Below, in pieces: positions 9,089 to 19,039 of a DNA stretch of 64,000 nt. The DNA is taken from positions 1 through 64,000 of the forward strand of contig CAVXGK010000002.1 in NCBI GenBank assembly GCA_963761305.1, written 5' to 3'. Made by a program: the position numbers and the translations under genes. The notes under the pieces are model-generated. The model was not told the DNA's origin. It searched no databases and saw nothing but the letters and a program-made list of their open reading frames with translations. This stretch comes from an uncultured Gemmatimonadaceae bacterium (GTDB taxonomy: Bacteria > Gemmatimonadota > Gemmatimonadetes > Gemmatimonadales > Gemmatimonadaceae). Numbering within the stretch: the stretch's first letter is position 1; each line of letters begins with the position of its first letter.

Positions 9089-11167
9089 CTACAGTTTTCG
9101 GACCGCGCACCAGACGCATTCAGTGTGCACTCCAGCCGTCAAACGCCTACGGTTGACCTTCATCGAAACGAAGAGCGTCCTCGGCTCGCCCGGCGAGACG
9201 ACTCCGCCGGCCACCAGCTCGGGGTACGCGCGGTCGAAGACGTTGCGGATTCCCGCCTCGAGCTCTCCGCGGCGGAACGTCCAGGCGCCGCTCACGTGGG
9301 CGAGGCCGTAGGAGCCGAGCACGGTGCCGGGTTCGTCGAACGGCGAGTAGGGGCCGACCCAGTTGCCTGCGAGGCGAAGGCGCCAAGGCTGGCCGAGGGG
9401 TGAGACGTCGAGGGCGGCGGTGCCCAGGTACTTGGACGTGTTGTAGACGCGCAGGCCGTTGAGCGTCACGACGTCGCCGTCGTCGGTGACGACGACCGTG
9501 CTGCGATAGCGCGCGTCGTTGAAGGTCCAGTCGCCGCTCAGCGCGGCGGTCTGGTTGGCGAATGGTACGCGCCAGCCGAGCTCGAGGCCCTGGCGGCGGC
9601 TGTTGCCGCCGTTGGTCGTGGCGAGCGTGATCGGATTGAACGTCTGCTCGTTGCTCACGTCCATGCGGAAGAGCGCGGCCGAGGCGCTCGCGCCGGCATG
9701 ATCGAACTTCACGCCGCCCTCGTAGGCCCACGCGGTGATTGGGGCGAGTGTCGGGTCGATGATGAGACCGTCGGTCGACCGAAAACCGCGCGACGTGTTG
9801 ACATAGGCGCTGAACGACGACGAGAGCTTCTCGATGAGACCGAGCTTGGGGGAAAAGACGCCGTGCGTCGCGCTGATCGTGCCGGAGTCTTTGGGTGTCG
9901 AGCTGGTGCCCAGCACGTCGTAGCGCGCCCCGATGTCGGCGCGCAGCCGGTCGGTCAACTCGAGTGAGGATTGGATGAACGGCGCGCCGGAGGTCTGGGC
10001 GCCCATGACGTCCGCCGCGGTCGAATCGCGGCGGCGGGCCGTGGTGAAATAGTTCTCGTAGTTCGATCGGTCCCAGCGGGTCTCGACGCCGGTCGTAATC
10101 TCGGCGCGGTCCAGCGTCCAGGTGATGGCGCTCGTCGCGCCGGCGCCGGCGCGCGAGTCCTCCTCTTCCGATTGGCTCCCCGAGCCCTCGAACTTGCCGC
10201 CGGCGGGCGGAATCGTGAGGAACAACTGCCAGCGGCCTTCCGTCCCGTACACGGTCGTTCGCCACAGGTAGTTCGAGCCCAGAACGCGGAGGCTCACGCG
10301 CTCCTGGGCGTGGCGCTTGTAGCCGCCGTCGGTTGGGTTAGAAACGATATCGTATTCATGACGGGCGAACTCGTCCTCGCTGAGAAACCCCGGCGAATCC
10401 CAGTTCGTGCCATACAGCTCCGCGCCGGCGTCGATCGCGACGTTCGACGAGAGGTCGTGCTCGACGCGCGCGTGTCCTTGCGCGATGTCATAGTGCGAGT
10501 TCGGGCGAAAGCCATTCTCCTGCACATACCGCGCGCCGATCACGCCGCCGCCGCGCGCGCCGTGGTCGAAGCCGGTCATGCCCATCAGGTCCGCTCGGCC
10601 GAACGATCCGCCAGACGCCGTGAGCTCGCTGCCGTCCATCCGGTCGAGCGTGCGCACGTTCACCGTCCCGGCGAGTGCGAAGTTGCCGAACAGCGCGCTC
10701 GTCGGACCGTGGATCACATCGATGTCGCGAATGCCGCCGGGAAAGAGCAGTGAGAAATCGTTATAGCCCTCGGCGTGGCCGTTCACGGGCTCGTTGATCG
10801 GGACACCGTCCACCCAGAGCGCGATATCCGTGGCGTGATCGGAGCTGAATCCGCGTATCGAGACGTCGGACGCGAAACCGGGACCTTGTCCTTGCTGATG
10901 GACCTCGACCCCCGCCGCCTGCCGGAGCAGATCGTACGGCGTCGCAGCGGGCGTGAGATGGATAGTGGTTGCATCGATCGTCGTCGCGTCGACCGGCTGC
11001 GCGCGCTCGGGCGGCGTGGCGACGATCGTGACAGCCTTGAGCCGGGCGACCGAGTCGGCGTGCGTCGTCGGCCGCGACGTATGCGTCGAGTCCTGCGCGG
11101 CGAGCGCCATCGGCGCGCCGAGCGCGGCGCCGAGAAAAATGAACAAGGAAGCGGAAGTGACCCGCAT
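9089..11167 (-). CDS. TonB-dependent receptor
   Basis: Signal peptide; plug 'SIRGFSSDHATDIALWVDGVPINEP..GHAEGY', 'GPTSALFG'; 'GIRNVFDR.Y' near the end; strong RBS GAGGAGG; extreme C-terminus may be frameshifted. Confidence 0.92.
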   Translation of the reverse strand: MRVTSASLFIFLGAALGAPMALAAQDSTHTSRPTTHADSVARLKAVTIVATPPERAQPVDATTIDATTIHLTPAATPYDLLRQAAGVEVHQQGQGPGFASDVSIRGFSSDHATDIALWVDGVPINEPVNGHAEGYNDFSLLFPGGIRDIDVIHGPTSALFGNFALAGTVNVRTLDRMDGSELTASGGSFGRADLMGMTGFDHGARGGGVIGARYVQENGFRPNSHYDIAQGHARVEHDLSSNVAIDAGAELYGTNWDSPGFLSEDEFARHEYDIVSNPTDGGYKRHAQERVSLRVLGSNYLWRTTVYGTEGRWQLFLTIPPAGGKFEGSGSQSEEEDSRAGAGATSAITWTLDRAEITTGVETRWDRSNYENYFTTARRRDSTAADVMGAQTSGAPFIQSSLELTDRLRADIGARYDVLGTSSTPKDSGTISATHGVFSPKLGLIEKLSSSFSAYVNTSRGFRSTDGLIIDPTLAPITAWAYEGGVKFDHAGASASAALFRMDVSNEQTFNPITLATTNGGNSRRQGLELGWRVPFANQTAALSGDWTFNDARYRSTVVVTDDGDVVTLNGLRVYNTSKYLGTAALDVSPLGQPWRLRLAGNWVGPYSPFDEPGTVLGSYGLAHVSGAWTFRRGELEAGIRNVFDRAYPELVAGGVVSPGEPRTLFVSMKVNRRRLTAGVHTECVWCAVRKL

Positions 11168-11264
11168 GAGCTCTCCCTCCTCGATGTGCGATCTGTGATG
11201 GCCGGTCGCGCGTGCGGGGTCGCATGCGCGAGGCGGCCGCGCGAAATACGCGGCAGGCCGCGCC

Positions 11265-11697
11265 TCACGCGAGTTGGCGAGGGCGCGTTGAGATCGGGCG
11301 CTGGGCCGTCAGGCCGTCAGCGCCGAGGGAAGCGGGAGGACCGTTCGCGAAGGGAAGGGAATACGGCCGAGGCGCGGCGACGACGGCGAACATTGGCGTA
11401 CTTCGCGGGCGCTTGCTCGACCGTGGCGACGACTGGCGCGTAGACGTTGGTCGCCGGGACGGCAACGGCGGGGGCGCAACAGCAGGCGCCGAGGCAGGTG
11501 CAGCTGTGCTGTCCGTGATGGTCGGCTGGCGCGCCATGCTGTTGCGGGGCGTGCGCCATGTGCGCCGCCGGCATGGTCGCCATGGCGTGGTGACTGTGCT
11601 CTGGGCACGAGTCGAAGCTCCCCGGATCGAGGAGCGCGGCTTGGAGCCAGATTGCCCAAAGGGCGGTTCCGGCGCGGAGCCACACGGAGCGACGCAT
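11265..11697 (-). CDS. DUF2946-like His/Cys-rich small membrane protein upstream of the TonB receptor (probable frameshift near 11390)
   Basis: N-terminal hydrophobic stretch, 'CPEHSHHAM...HHGQHSCTCLGACCC'; adjacent frame continues 'FAVVAAPRPYSLPFANGPP'; position directly upstream of a TBDR. Confidence 0.65.
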
Positions 11698-11711
11698 AGG
11701 GCAGAATTATA
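11698..11711 (-). promoter_or_regulatory. Consensus -10 box 8 nt upstream of the start codon (leaderless or near-leaderless mRNA)
   Basis: Minus strand TATAAT(11711-11706)-N8-ATG(11697). Confidence 0.5.
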
Positions 11712-11740
11712 CAGTGGTGGTGGCGGCGATCGCACGTAAG

Positions 11741-11865
11741 GAAACGGCGAAAACGGCGAAACGGCGAGGGGATCGCGGCCAGTGACGTTTGGCTTGGCGC
11801 TCTGGCCCCGATCTTGGGCTCGAAATCGGACGTCAGACGTCAGAAAGGGCAGACGTCAGACCAGC
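11741..11865. repeat. Composite intergenic repeat: AACGGCGA x3, GATCGCGGCCA hairpin, GACGTCA heptamers
   Basis: 11741..11771 matches the array tail at 37027..37055; 11771..11781 pairs with 11803..11813; 11818.. GCTCGAAATCGGACGTCAGACGTCAGA matches 13634, 13944 and 51071..51114 (reverse). Confidence 0.75.
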
Positions 11866-11994
11866 TCTCGCTGGGCCGGGGGGCGGGTTCTCGGCGAGGG
11901 CGACAGGCGTCAGAAAGGGCGCTTTTCGGGGGCTTGAACTTCTTTGCGTCGCGTGGCCTTTTCAGTCCGTCTCATCCCAATGCGGAGTTAGTCG

Positions 11995-13581
11995 ATGACG
12001 GGACGTCGGGCGTTCTGGTTTGCCACTCTTGCCGCCGCGTGCCACTGCTTTCCTGGCCGGGGCGAGCTCGGCTCAGCGGGCGCCGAGGCTGATCGTGTTG
12101 ATCACGGTCGACCAGATGCGTGCGGACTATCTCGAGAAGTGGGCGCCGCAGTTCACGGGTGGGCTTGCGCGGCTCACGAAGGGCGGCGCTGTCTTCACTA
12201 ACGCGTTTCAGGATCATGCGAACACGGAGACGGCGCCGGGGCATTCGACGTTGTTGTCGGGGCGTGAGCCGTACGAACCGGGATCGTGTTCAATGCGGAG
12301 GGGGTGCCGGATGCGAATGCGCCGATCATCGGGGGGGGCGGGCCGGGGGCTTCTCCGTTTCGATTTCGCGGCACGGCGCTGATCGACTGGTTGAAGGCGA
12401 AGAATTCGCGATCGCGCGCGCTGTCGGTGTCGCGCAAGGATCGAGGGGCGATTCTGCCGATCGGGCGGGCGAAGGAGTCTGTTTTTTGGTATCAGAGTGA
12501 TGGGCGTTTCTCGACGAGCGCGTACTACGCGGACAAGCTCCCGGACTGGGTGACGAAGTTCAACGCCCGTGAGATTCCGCAGAGCTATGCGGGCAAGGCG
12601 TGGCTGCCGCTGCTCCCGCTGTCCGCGTACCCCGAGCCGGACACGGTGCCGATCGAGGACAACGGCCGCGAGCCGGCGTTCCCGCACGTGCTGTCGAACG
12701 ACTGGGACGCGGCGGCGCGCGATTTCATCGCGTTTCCGTGGATGGACGATCTGACGGTTCAGTTCGCGCTCGACGGCGTGAACGCGATGAACCTGGGGCT
12801 CGGCCAGGCGCCCGATCTGCTCTCCGTGTCGCTCTCGACCACCGACGCCGTCGGCCACCGGTTCGGCATCGCGTCGCGAGAGATGCACGACCAGATCCTG
12901 CGCGTCGACCGGGCGATCGGGGTGCTTATCGATTCACTATATAAGATGCGTGATTCGTCGACGATCGTCTTCGCGCTCACGGCGGACCACGGCGCGACGC
13001 TGCCGCCCGAGCTGGCGCAAGACACCGGCGACGGGCCGAAGCCGATGCGGGTCGATCTCTACCCGCTCGTCGCGGACTTTCAGGCGACCGTCGCCAAGAA
13101 GATGAACACCGACTCGGCGATCGCCTACGAGGACGCGGTGCTGCTGCTCAACCGGTCGCGCCTGTCGCACAACCACGTCAACGCCGATTCACTCGCCCGC
13201 GCGTTCGCCGACGCGGCGAAACACCAACCCGGCGTGTTCCGCGCCGATCTGTTCAAGGACATTCTCTCGGCTGATACAACCAACGATCCGATCGCGCGGC
13301 GGTGGCGACACGCGATCCCGCCGGAGTGGCCGGCGGCCGTGGTCATCACGCTCAATCACGGGAGCGTGTGGGGCAGCACTGGCGGCACGCCCGGCGTGCA
13401 CGGGTCACCGTGGGACGAGGACTGCCATGTGCCGATCGTGTTCTACGGGCCGTGGGTAGCGCCGGGGAGATACGACGAGTTCGTGCGAACGGTGGATATC
13501 GGGGCGACGTTCGCGCAGATCGCCGGGGTTCGACCGACAGAAGATATTGATGGACATGTGCTCGGGCGGGCGATCAAGTGA
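11995..13581 (+). CDS. Alkaline phosphatase superfamily protein (PafA/PhoV-like), frameshifts near 12040 and 12280
   Basis: 'ITVDQMRADYL', 'TETAPGHSTL' (Thr nucleophile), 'SRKDRGAILP', 'SLSTTDAVGHRFG', 'LTADHG', 'HGSPWDED.HVP'. Confidence 0.92.
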
Positions 13582-13590
13582 CGGCGACAC

Positions 13591-14022
13591 TGCTCCCACG
13601 GTAGATCGCGAGCACTGGGGAGGACGGCGCTGCGCTCGAAGTCGGACGTCAGATGTCAGACGTCAGACATCAGTTTCGGCGTTGTGGGGCTACCATCGCG
13701 GCTGGGTGAGGGGTAGCTCCTCAGCAGCCAGATACGAGGAATCCTCTGAGGGTCGACGATCCGGTCGCGGCGGTGAAGCGGGATGCAGCTTCGCTGCAAG
13801 CGTGCGGATGCACGATCGCAGACGCTGTGCCTCAGGTCGGTGACATGGGTCGCGGATTGGCTTTCGTGGTGACCGAGTCGGAATTACGGACAACGGACAA
13901 ATGCTCCCACGCGAGATCGGGAGCATTGGATAGGACGGCCCGCGCTCGAAGTCGGACGTCAGACGTCAGACGTCAGACGTCAGTGTCGGCGTTGGACGGC
14001 TGCGATCGGGGATGATTGAGGA
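13591..14022. repeat. Two ~120-bp direct repeats, each a small hairpin plus (GACGTCA)n array
   Basis: 13591..13712 ~ 13902..14022: TGCTCCCACG..AGATCG.GAGCA...AGGACGGC...CGCTCGAAGTCGGACGTCAGA.GTCAGACGTCAGAC.TCAGT.TCGGCGTTG. Confidence 0.85.
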
Positions 14023-14104
14023 CCAACCGTAGCCGCTGCCGTGAGCGATGCCTCGAGATCAGCTTTTTTTCAAGAACATCCCGTTCGTTGTGCGACGGAC
14101 CTTC

Positions 14105-14147
14105 CCCTCCGCGGCCGTTCTCTGCGTTCTCTGCGCCTCTGCGGTGA
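14105..14147. repeat. Short CTCTGCG-containing 8/9-mer tandem repeat
   Basis: CTCCGCGG..TTCTCTGCGTTCTCTGCGCCTCTGCGGTGA. Confidence 0.6.
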
Positions 14148-14177
14148 GCAGTTCTGTTCTGAGCCCGAATGGCCGAA

Positions 14178-14870
14178 TCAGCATCCCGTGGTCAGAATGG
14201 CTCTCAGCGCGTTTGAGCCGGTGGCGGGCGGGGTGACGATGAGTGTGTAGCTCGTGCCGGCGGTGAGGGCTCTCGTGCCGGCGTTGAGCAGGATGTCGTG
14301 CGAGCCGGTGGGTGTGACGCGAATCAGTCGCGCGCCGGCGGTCACGTTGACGAACGCCGACGCGGTACCGGCGGTCGTGTTCGAGGTGGTGGGCGAGGCG
14401 AGTGATGCGCTCACGCTGGTGACGAAGGCGTCGAAGGCCGGTCCGTCGCTGGTTGCGTTGAGGATGCGAAAGCCGGCGGCGCCGCCGGCGGGGCGAAAGG
14501 CGTTGAGGAGCGCGGCGAAGCTTGCGCCGGGGCCGCCGCCGCCGGGGAAGGCGACAAGCGTGTAGCTCTTGCCGCCGTCGAGCGGCGGGGCGGAGCCGGC
14601 GAGGTTGTCCATCGTGCCGGTCATTGTCACGGTGACCTCGGGCGGCGCCGGGCTGACCTTGGTACAGGTGGAGACGCCGCCGAAGGCGATGTTGCTGCCG
14701 CCGTTCACGACGGTGGCGCCCTGCCAGAAGTCGAGCGCGGCGTCGGTGGCATTTACCAGGCGGACGGTCGCCTGGCCATTCGTGGAATCGATAGGTGACG
14801 TCGAGTGCGGATCGGAGCAGGCGGGAAGGACGACCAGGCCGACCAAGGGGACGAGGATGCGGCTACTCAT
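14178..14870 (-). CDS. DUF4397-domain lipoprotein
   Basis: Lipobox-like 'LVVLPAC'; two repeats 'VRLVNAT...' / 'FRILNATSDGPAFD' each ending '...SYTLV/I'. Confidence 0.78.
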   Translation of the reverse strand: MSSRILVPLVGLVVLPACSDPHSTSPIDSTNGQATVRLVNATDAALDFWQGATVVNGGSNIAFGGVSTCTKVSPAPPEVTVTMTGTMDNLAGSAPPLDGGKSYTLVAFPGGGGPGASFAALLNAFRPAGGAAGFRILNATSDGPAFDAFVTSVSASLASPTTSNTTAGTASAFVNVTAGARLIRVTPTGSHDILLNAGTRALTAGTSYTLIVTPPATGSNALRAILTTGC

Positions 14871-14992
14871 TAGTACTTCTCTGATGACTGCTTGAGCGAT
14901 CGAGCGCCGATTCACGGCGCGGGTTGGGAGTCCCCAATCCCGAGCCGTGAGCCGGCGCTGCAAATGCAGGAGCTTCGGATCTCTCGCGCGTG

Positions 14993-15580
14993 CTATCGGG
15001 GCGGCTTGGACATCGGGGCGTCGCCCTTCTTGAGCGTTTTGGCCAACTCGTTGGCTTTCGACACGTGTTCTTGCAGCGCGCCGGTGGTCGTGTCGAGATC
15101 CTTCTTCAGGTCTTCGTCCTTTACGGCCGTCCTGCCTGAATTGATCGTCGAGATCTCGGCCTGATGATTGGCGATCACCGTTTCCAGGAATGTCTTATCG
15201 AATTCGTCGCCCGCCGGCATCGATTCGAGCGCTGCGAAGCGCCTCGCCAACTGTGGCGTCGTCGCGTCGCCGACGTCGGCTTCGCGCCCGACGTCCGGCT
15301 TGGCGGCGATCTGCTGAAGCGCGGTGGCGTGGGCGGCGTGATCCGTCGCCAGCGCATTGGCGAAGTCGCGAACTGCGGGGTTCTGCGTCTTGCTCGCGGC
15401 GAGCTTCGCGGTCGCCGCCTGGATCGAGTCGATCGTGATGAGGTGGTCGACGAGGCGCTTCTGCGCTGTTGAAACGACTTCACCGCCGGCCGTCGTGACT
15501 TGCGAGGCGGCGGGTGCGGCGAGGGCGCAGGCCGCGGCGGCGGCGAACGCGGCGACCGTCATGCTGGTGGAGCGGGGCAT
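14993..15580 (-). CDS. DUF4142-domain secreted protein
   Basis: Signal peptide; 'AKLAASKTQNPAVRDFANALATDH', 'GDEFDKTFLETVIANHQ', 'LQEHVSKANEL'; RBS GGAGG. Confidence 0.85.
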   Translation of the reverse strand: MPRSTSMTVAAFAAAAACALAAPAASQVTTAGGEVVSTAQKRLVDHLITIDSIQAATAKLAASKTQNPAVRDFANALATDHAAHATALQQIAAKPDVGREADVGDATTPQLARRFAALESMPAGDEFDKTFLETVIANHQAEISTINSGRTAVKDEDLKKDLDTTTGALQEHVSKANELAKTLKKGDAPMSKPPR

Positions 15581-15677
15581 CGGTTCCTCCTGGGATGCGG
15601 GAAATGACCGAGGGCTCCGCGCGTGCAAAACGTGTTCTTGGTGGCGCGATTTTGTGCGGCTTTCGACATCTTTCAAG

Positions 15678-15709
15678 CGGTGGACCGGTGGACCGGTGGA
15701 CCGGTGGAC
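15678..15709. repeat. (CGGTGGAC)x4 tandem octamer in a divergent intergenic region
   Basis: Four exact copies. Confidence 0.9.
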
Positions 15710-15833
15710 CGCAAACGACAGAGATGTCACGTGAAGTTCGTGATGCTCGTCATGTCGAGGCGGCTGGCACACCTAACAATCGACTGCGCTACTCTCGACC
15801 GACGATGGTCACTCTCGCCCTTTTCCCGACTGC

Positions 15834-17016
15834 ATGATTCGCCGCTTCATCGACGTCACCGCGCTCCTGTTGATCGCCGTTCTGGTGTTCGCCTGGCTGC
15901 GCGCCGACAATGCGGTGTCGCGTCCGCGGGCGTCGGCGCCGTTCGACTGGTCCGCTGTCTCGACTCGCGACCTCGACATTGCCTCTGTCTTTCTGACGGC
16001 GAAGTCGCAGGGGGTCGGACGGGCGATGGACAGTCTCTCGGCGCTCACGAAGAAGGATTCGACGCTCGCCGGCGACGGGCACATGATCGCGCACGCGCTC
16101 GGCCGATACGCGATCGCGAACAACGGGCATGATCCGGCGGTGCTGCGCGAGTGCCGGCCGACGTTCGAGGCGGGGTGCTATCACGGCGTGCTCGAGGGGT
16201 TGCTCGCGTCGCAGCAGCATGTCGACCCGCCGGCGATGGCGAAATTGTGCGTTTCATTGGCGCGTCCAGGCGATGCGCGCGAGCTGACGATCGAGTGCGC
16301 GCACGGACTCGGCCACGGGTTCGCCGAGTCGATGGGGTACGACCTGGCGCGGGCGCTCGCTGCGTGCGACGCGTTCGGCGTGGAGGATCTGCGCGGCGAA
16401 TGCCACGACGGCGTGTTCATGGAGAATGCTTTGCGCGGGATCGGGGCGGCGCGAATGAACGTGGGCGACAGCGCTATGTCGGCGCACGACCACATGGCGA
16501 TGGGCACGGGTCCCGTGCCGTCCACCGGCCAGCTTTCGCGTGTCGGACCCCGCATTTCCGTGTGACAGTGTGGCGGGTCCGTATCAGCCGTCGTGCTGGT
16601 CGTATCAGCCGCTGGTGATCGCGCGGCTGCGCGACTACGACGTTGAGAAAACGCTCAAGGACTGCTCGCTCGCGCCGTCAAACTCGGCGTCGAACTGCTA
16701 TCGAGGATTCGGCAAACAGAGCCAGGCCTGGTACGGCTGGAACCGGCCGAAAGTGATCGCGACGTGCAGCGGCGCCGGCGCATTTCAGACCGACTGTTTT
16801 TCGGGCGCGGTGGAAGCGCTTGTCGATCGCGACCTGGGCGCGTCGGGTGCGATCGACTTCTGCGGCGCCGTTCCGGCGGGGGCGCGGACGAAGTGCTTCG
16901 AGGCGGTGGGCGTGCACATCGCGCCGCTCCACGCCGACGACAAGGGCGCCGAGCGTGAGTGCGCGATGGCGGGCCCGCCGGAGTACGTGGACGCGTGCAT
17001 CCACGGCACGCGCTGA
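15834..17016 (+). CDS. Membrane-anchored Cys/His-rich repeat protein of unknown function (frameshift near 16535)
   Basis: N-terminal TM; 'GHMIAHALG', 'GCYHGVLE', 'CAHGLGHG', 'CHDGVFMEN'; 16540..17016 continues with 'CYRGFG', 'CFSGAVE', 'CIHG'. Confidence 0.7.
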
Positions 17017-17030
17017 GTGATTCTCGGGGC

Positions 17031-18010
17031 CTAACGGTCCTCGGGAGTTCCGCGAATCCACGCCGGCCATTGTGCGATGCGCCGCTCGATGAACTGGGGC
17101 AGCCGACCAGAGTTGTCGCGCCGCAGAACCATGATCAGCGCGGGCGCGTAGACGCCGAGGAGGACGAGCGCGTTGGATTCGAAGGGGGGTTGTCCGCCCG
17201 GCCGGTTGAGCGTTTGGAGCGCGATCACCCACGCGACCACGCTGGCGACGCTCAGGACCATCGACTCGCGGCGGGTCCTGGGGACGAGCCAGAGCGGGAG
17301 CTGGTCGGCGAAGTACATGAGTTGCGGCACGCACGCCATCGCCACGAGAAGACGTGCTTCCGGCCGTCGCCAGCGCGCGAGTGCGAGGAGCGCGAGAAAT
17401 CCGCCGGGGAGCAGAATCGGAATCGGGTGCGGCGGCATCGAGTGGAGATTGCGGAGCCATTCCGCCGGCCAGTTCGGCTGGAAGGCCAACGACACGAGCA
17501 GCAGCGCGCCGCCGCCAAGAATGCGGACTTTCGAGGGATCGGCGGCGACAGACGCGAGTCCGACGTTTGGTTTGACGACCGCCAGAAAGCCGAGCGCCGG
17601 GAGGAGGAGCGTGGCGGTGACGAGTGGAGTCCACTGGCCCAAGCCGGCGGCGAGAATGAATCCGGCGCCGAAGAACATCGGGAGTCGCGCCGGCGACGTG
17701 ACGAGGATTCCCCAGGCGAGGAGGGCGCTCGACGCGCCGATGAAGAGCGCGGCGGCTTCGCGGAGTGGCACGAGCGCGAATGGCGCGAGCAGAAACAGGC
17801 TGGGAAACGGATAGAAGAACGGTTCGGACACGACGCGCGTGCGTCGCATGATGGGAAATCCGCCGGCATACGGATCGCGCCCGGCGAGCCAGTTCCGCGC
17901 GTGGAAATGGAATTGCGCGAAGTCGCGCCGTGCGTGAACGGAAAGCCAGCCCACACGGCAACCGCAACGGCGCCGCCGATGGCAACGGCTATGAGAAATG
18001 TTCGTTTCAC
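17031..18010 (-). CDS. Multi-pass membrane protein, GT87/GT-C-like (frameshift near 17950; start uncertain)
   Basis: 'RDFAQF...WLAGRDPY', 'FFYPFPSLFLLAPF', 'GQWTPL', 'KPNVGL'. Confidence 0.62.
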
Positions 18011-18044
18011 GTGTGGGCGACTCGCCGATGGGCTATCGTGTAAC

Positions 18045-19039
18045 ATGGTGAAACCGGACGTCGACGCCATGTCCCCGATGCTGCGCCGAACCCTCGCCGC
18101 GATGCGTCGTTGGATCCGGTTCACGCAGGCTATGCGAGGGGACATATCGTGGCTCGAGCGAATGGTGCGCGCGTCGCTGATGGTCCCGGTCTTCAGTCTT
18201 CTCGTATTGATGCTGCGACTTCGTGCGCTCCGGTGGGGACGCCGCGCGTGGTCGGCACTACGGCCGACGGGGATAGGTTCGTGTGCCGGCCGCCGGACCT
18301 GGTGCAGCTTTACATATGGTTGTTCGGCATCTGGGAACCGGATCTGACGGCGTTCATCGCGAGCCGTCTCGAGACTGGCGATACGTTCGTAGACGTCGGT
18401 GCCAACATCGGTGTGTTTTCGATGCTCGCATCGCGTCGCGTCGGTGCCACGGGCTCGGTCGTGGCGGTCGAGGCATCGCCGCGCGTCTACGGCGAGCTTC
18501 TGACCACATTGGAATTGAACGGCGTTCCCACTAACGTGCGTCCGGTCAACATCGCGGCGGCTGCTTCGCCGGGCGAGGTTACGATCTACTCCGGGCCCGC
18601 CCAGAACACCGGCCTGACGACCACCGTGGCGACGAGGGGGTTCGTTCGCGAGGGGGCGACCGAGGCGCTGCCGCTGGATGAGATTCTCACCGACACCGAA
18701 ATTCGCAACGCGCGTCTGTTGAAGATCGACGTCGAGGGTGGGGAGCCGGAGGTGATCGCCGGCATGGCCCGTTTCCTCGAACTTTGCCGGCCTGACACGG
18801 AGATTCTGATCGAACTCTCGCCACATTGGTGGACGCCGGGGACGCCGGCTCCCTCCGCCGTTCTCGAGCCGCTGTTTCGGGCCGGATTCAACGCCTACGA
18901 GATCGAGAACAACTACTGGCCGTGGCGGTATGTCTGGCCGCTTCGTGTTCAACGCCCGCGACGGATTCGCTGGAATCTGGACACGCGCATCGAGCGAGTA
19001 GACCTGGTCTTGTCTCGCCTGGATCGAGAGGCGCTGTGA
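18045..19039 (+). CDS. FkbM family methyltransferase (N-terminal frameshift)
   Basis: 'FGIWEP', 'FVDVGANIG', 'VAVEASP', 'LKIDVEGGE'. Confidence 0.9.
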
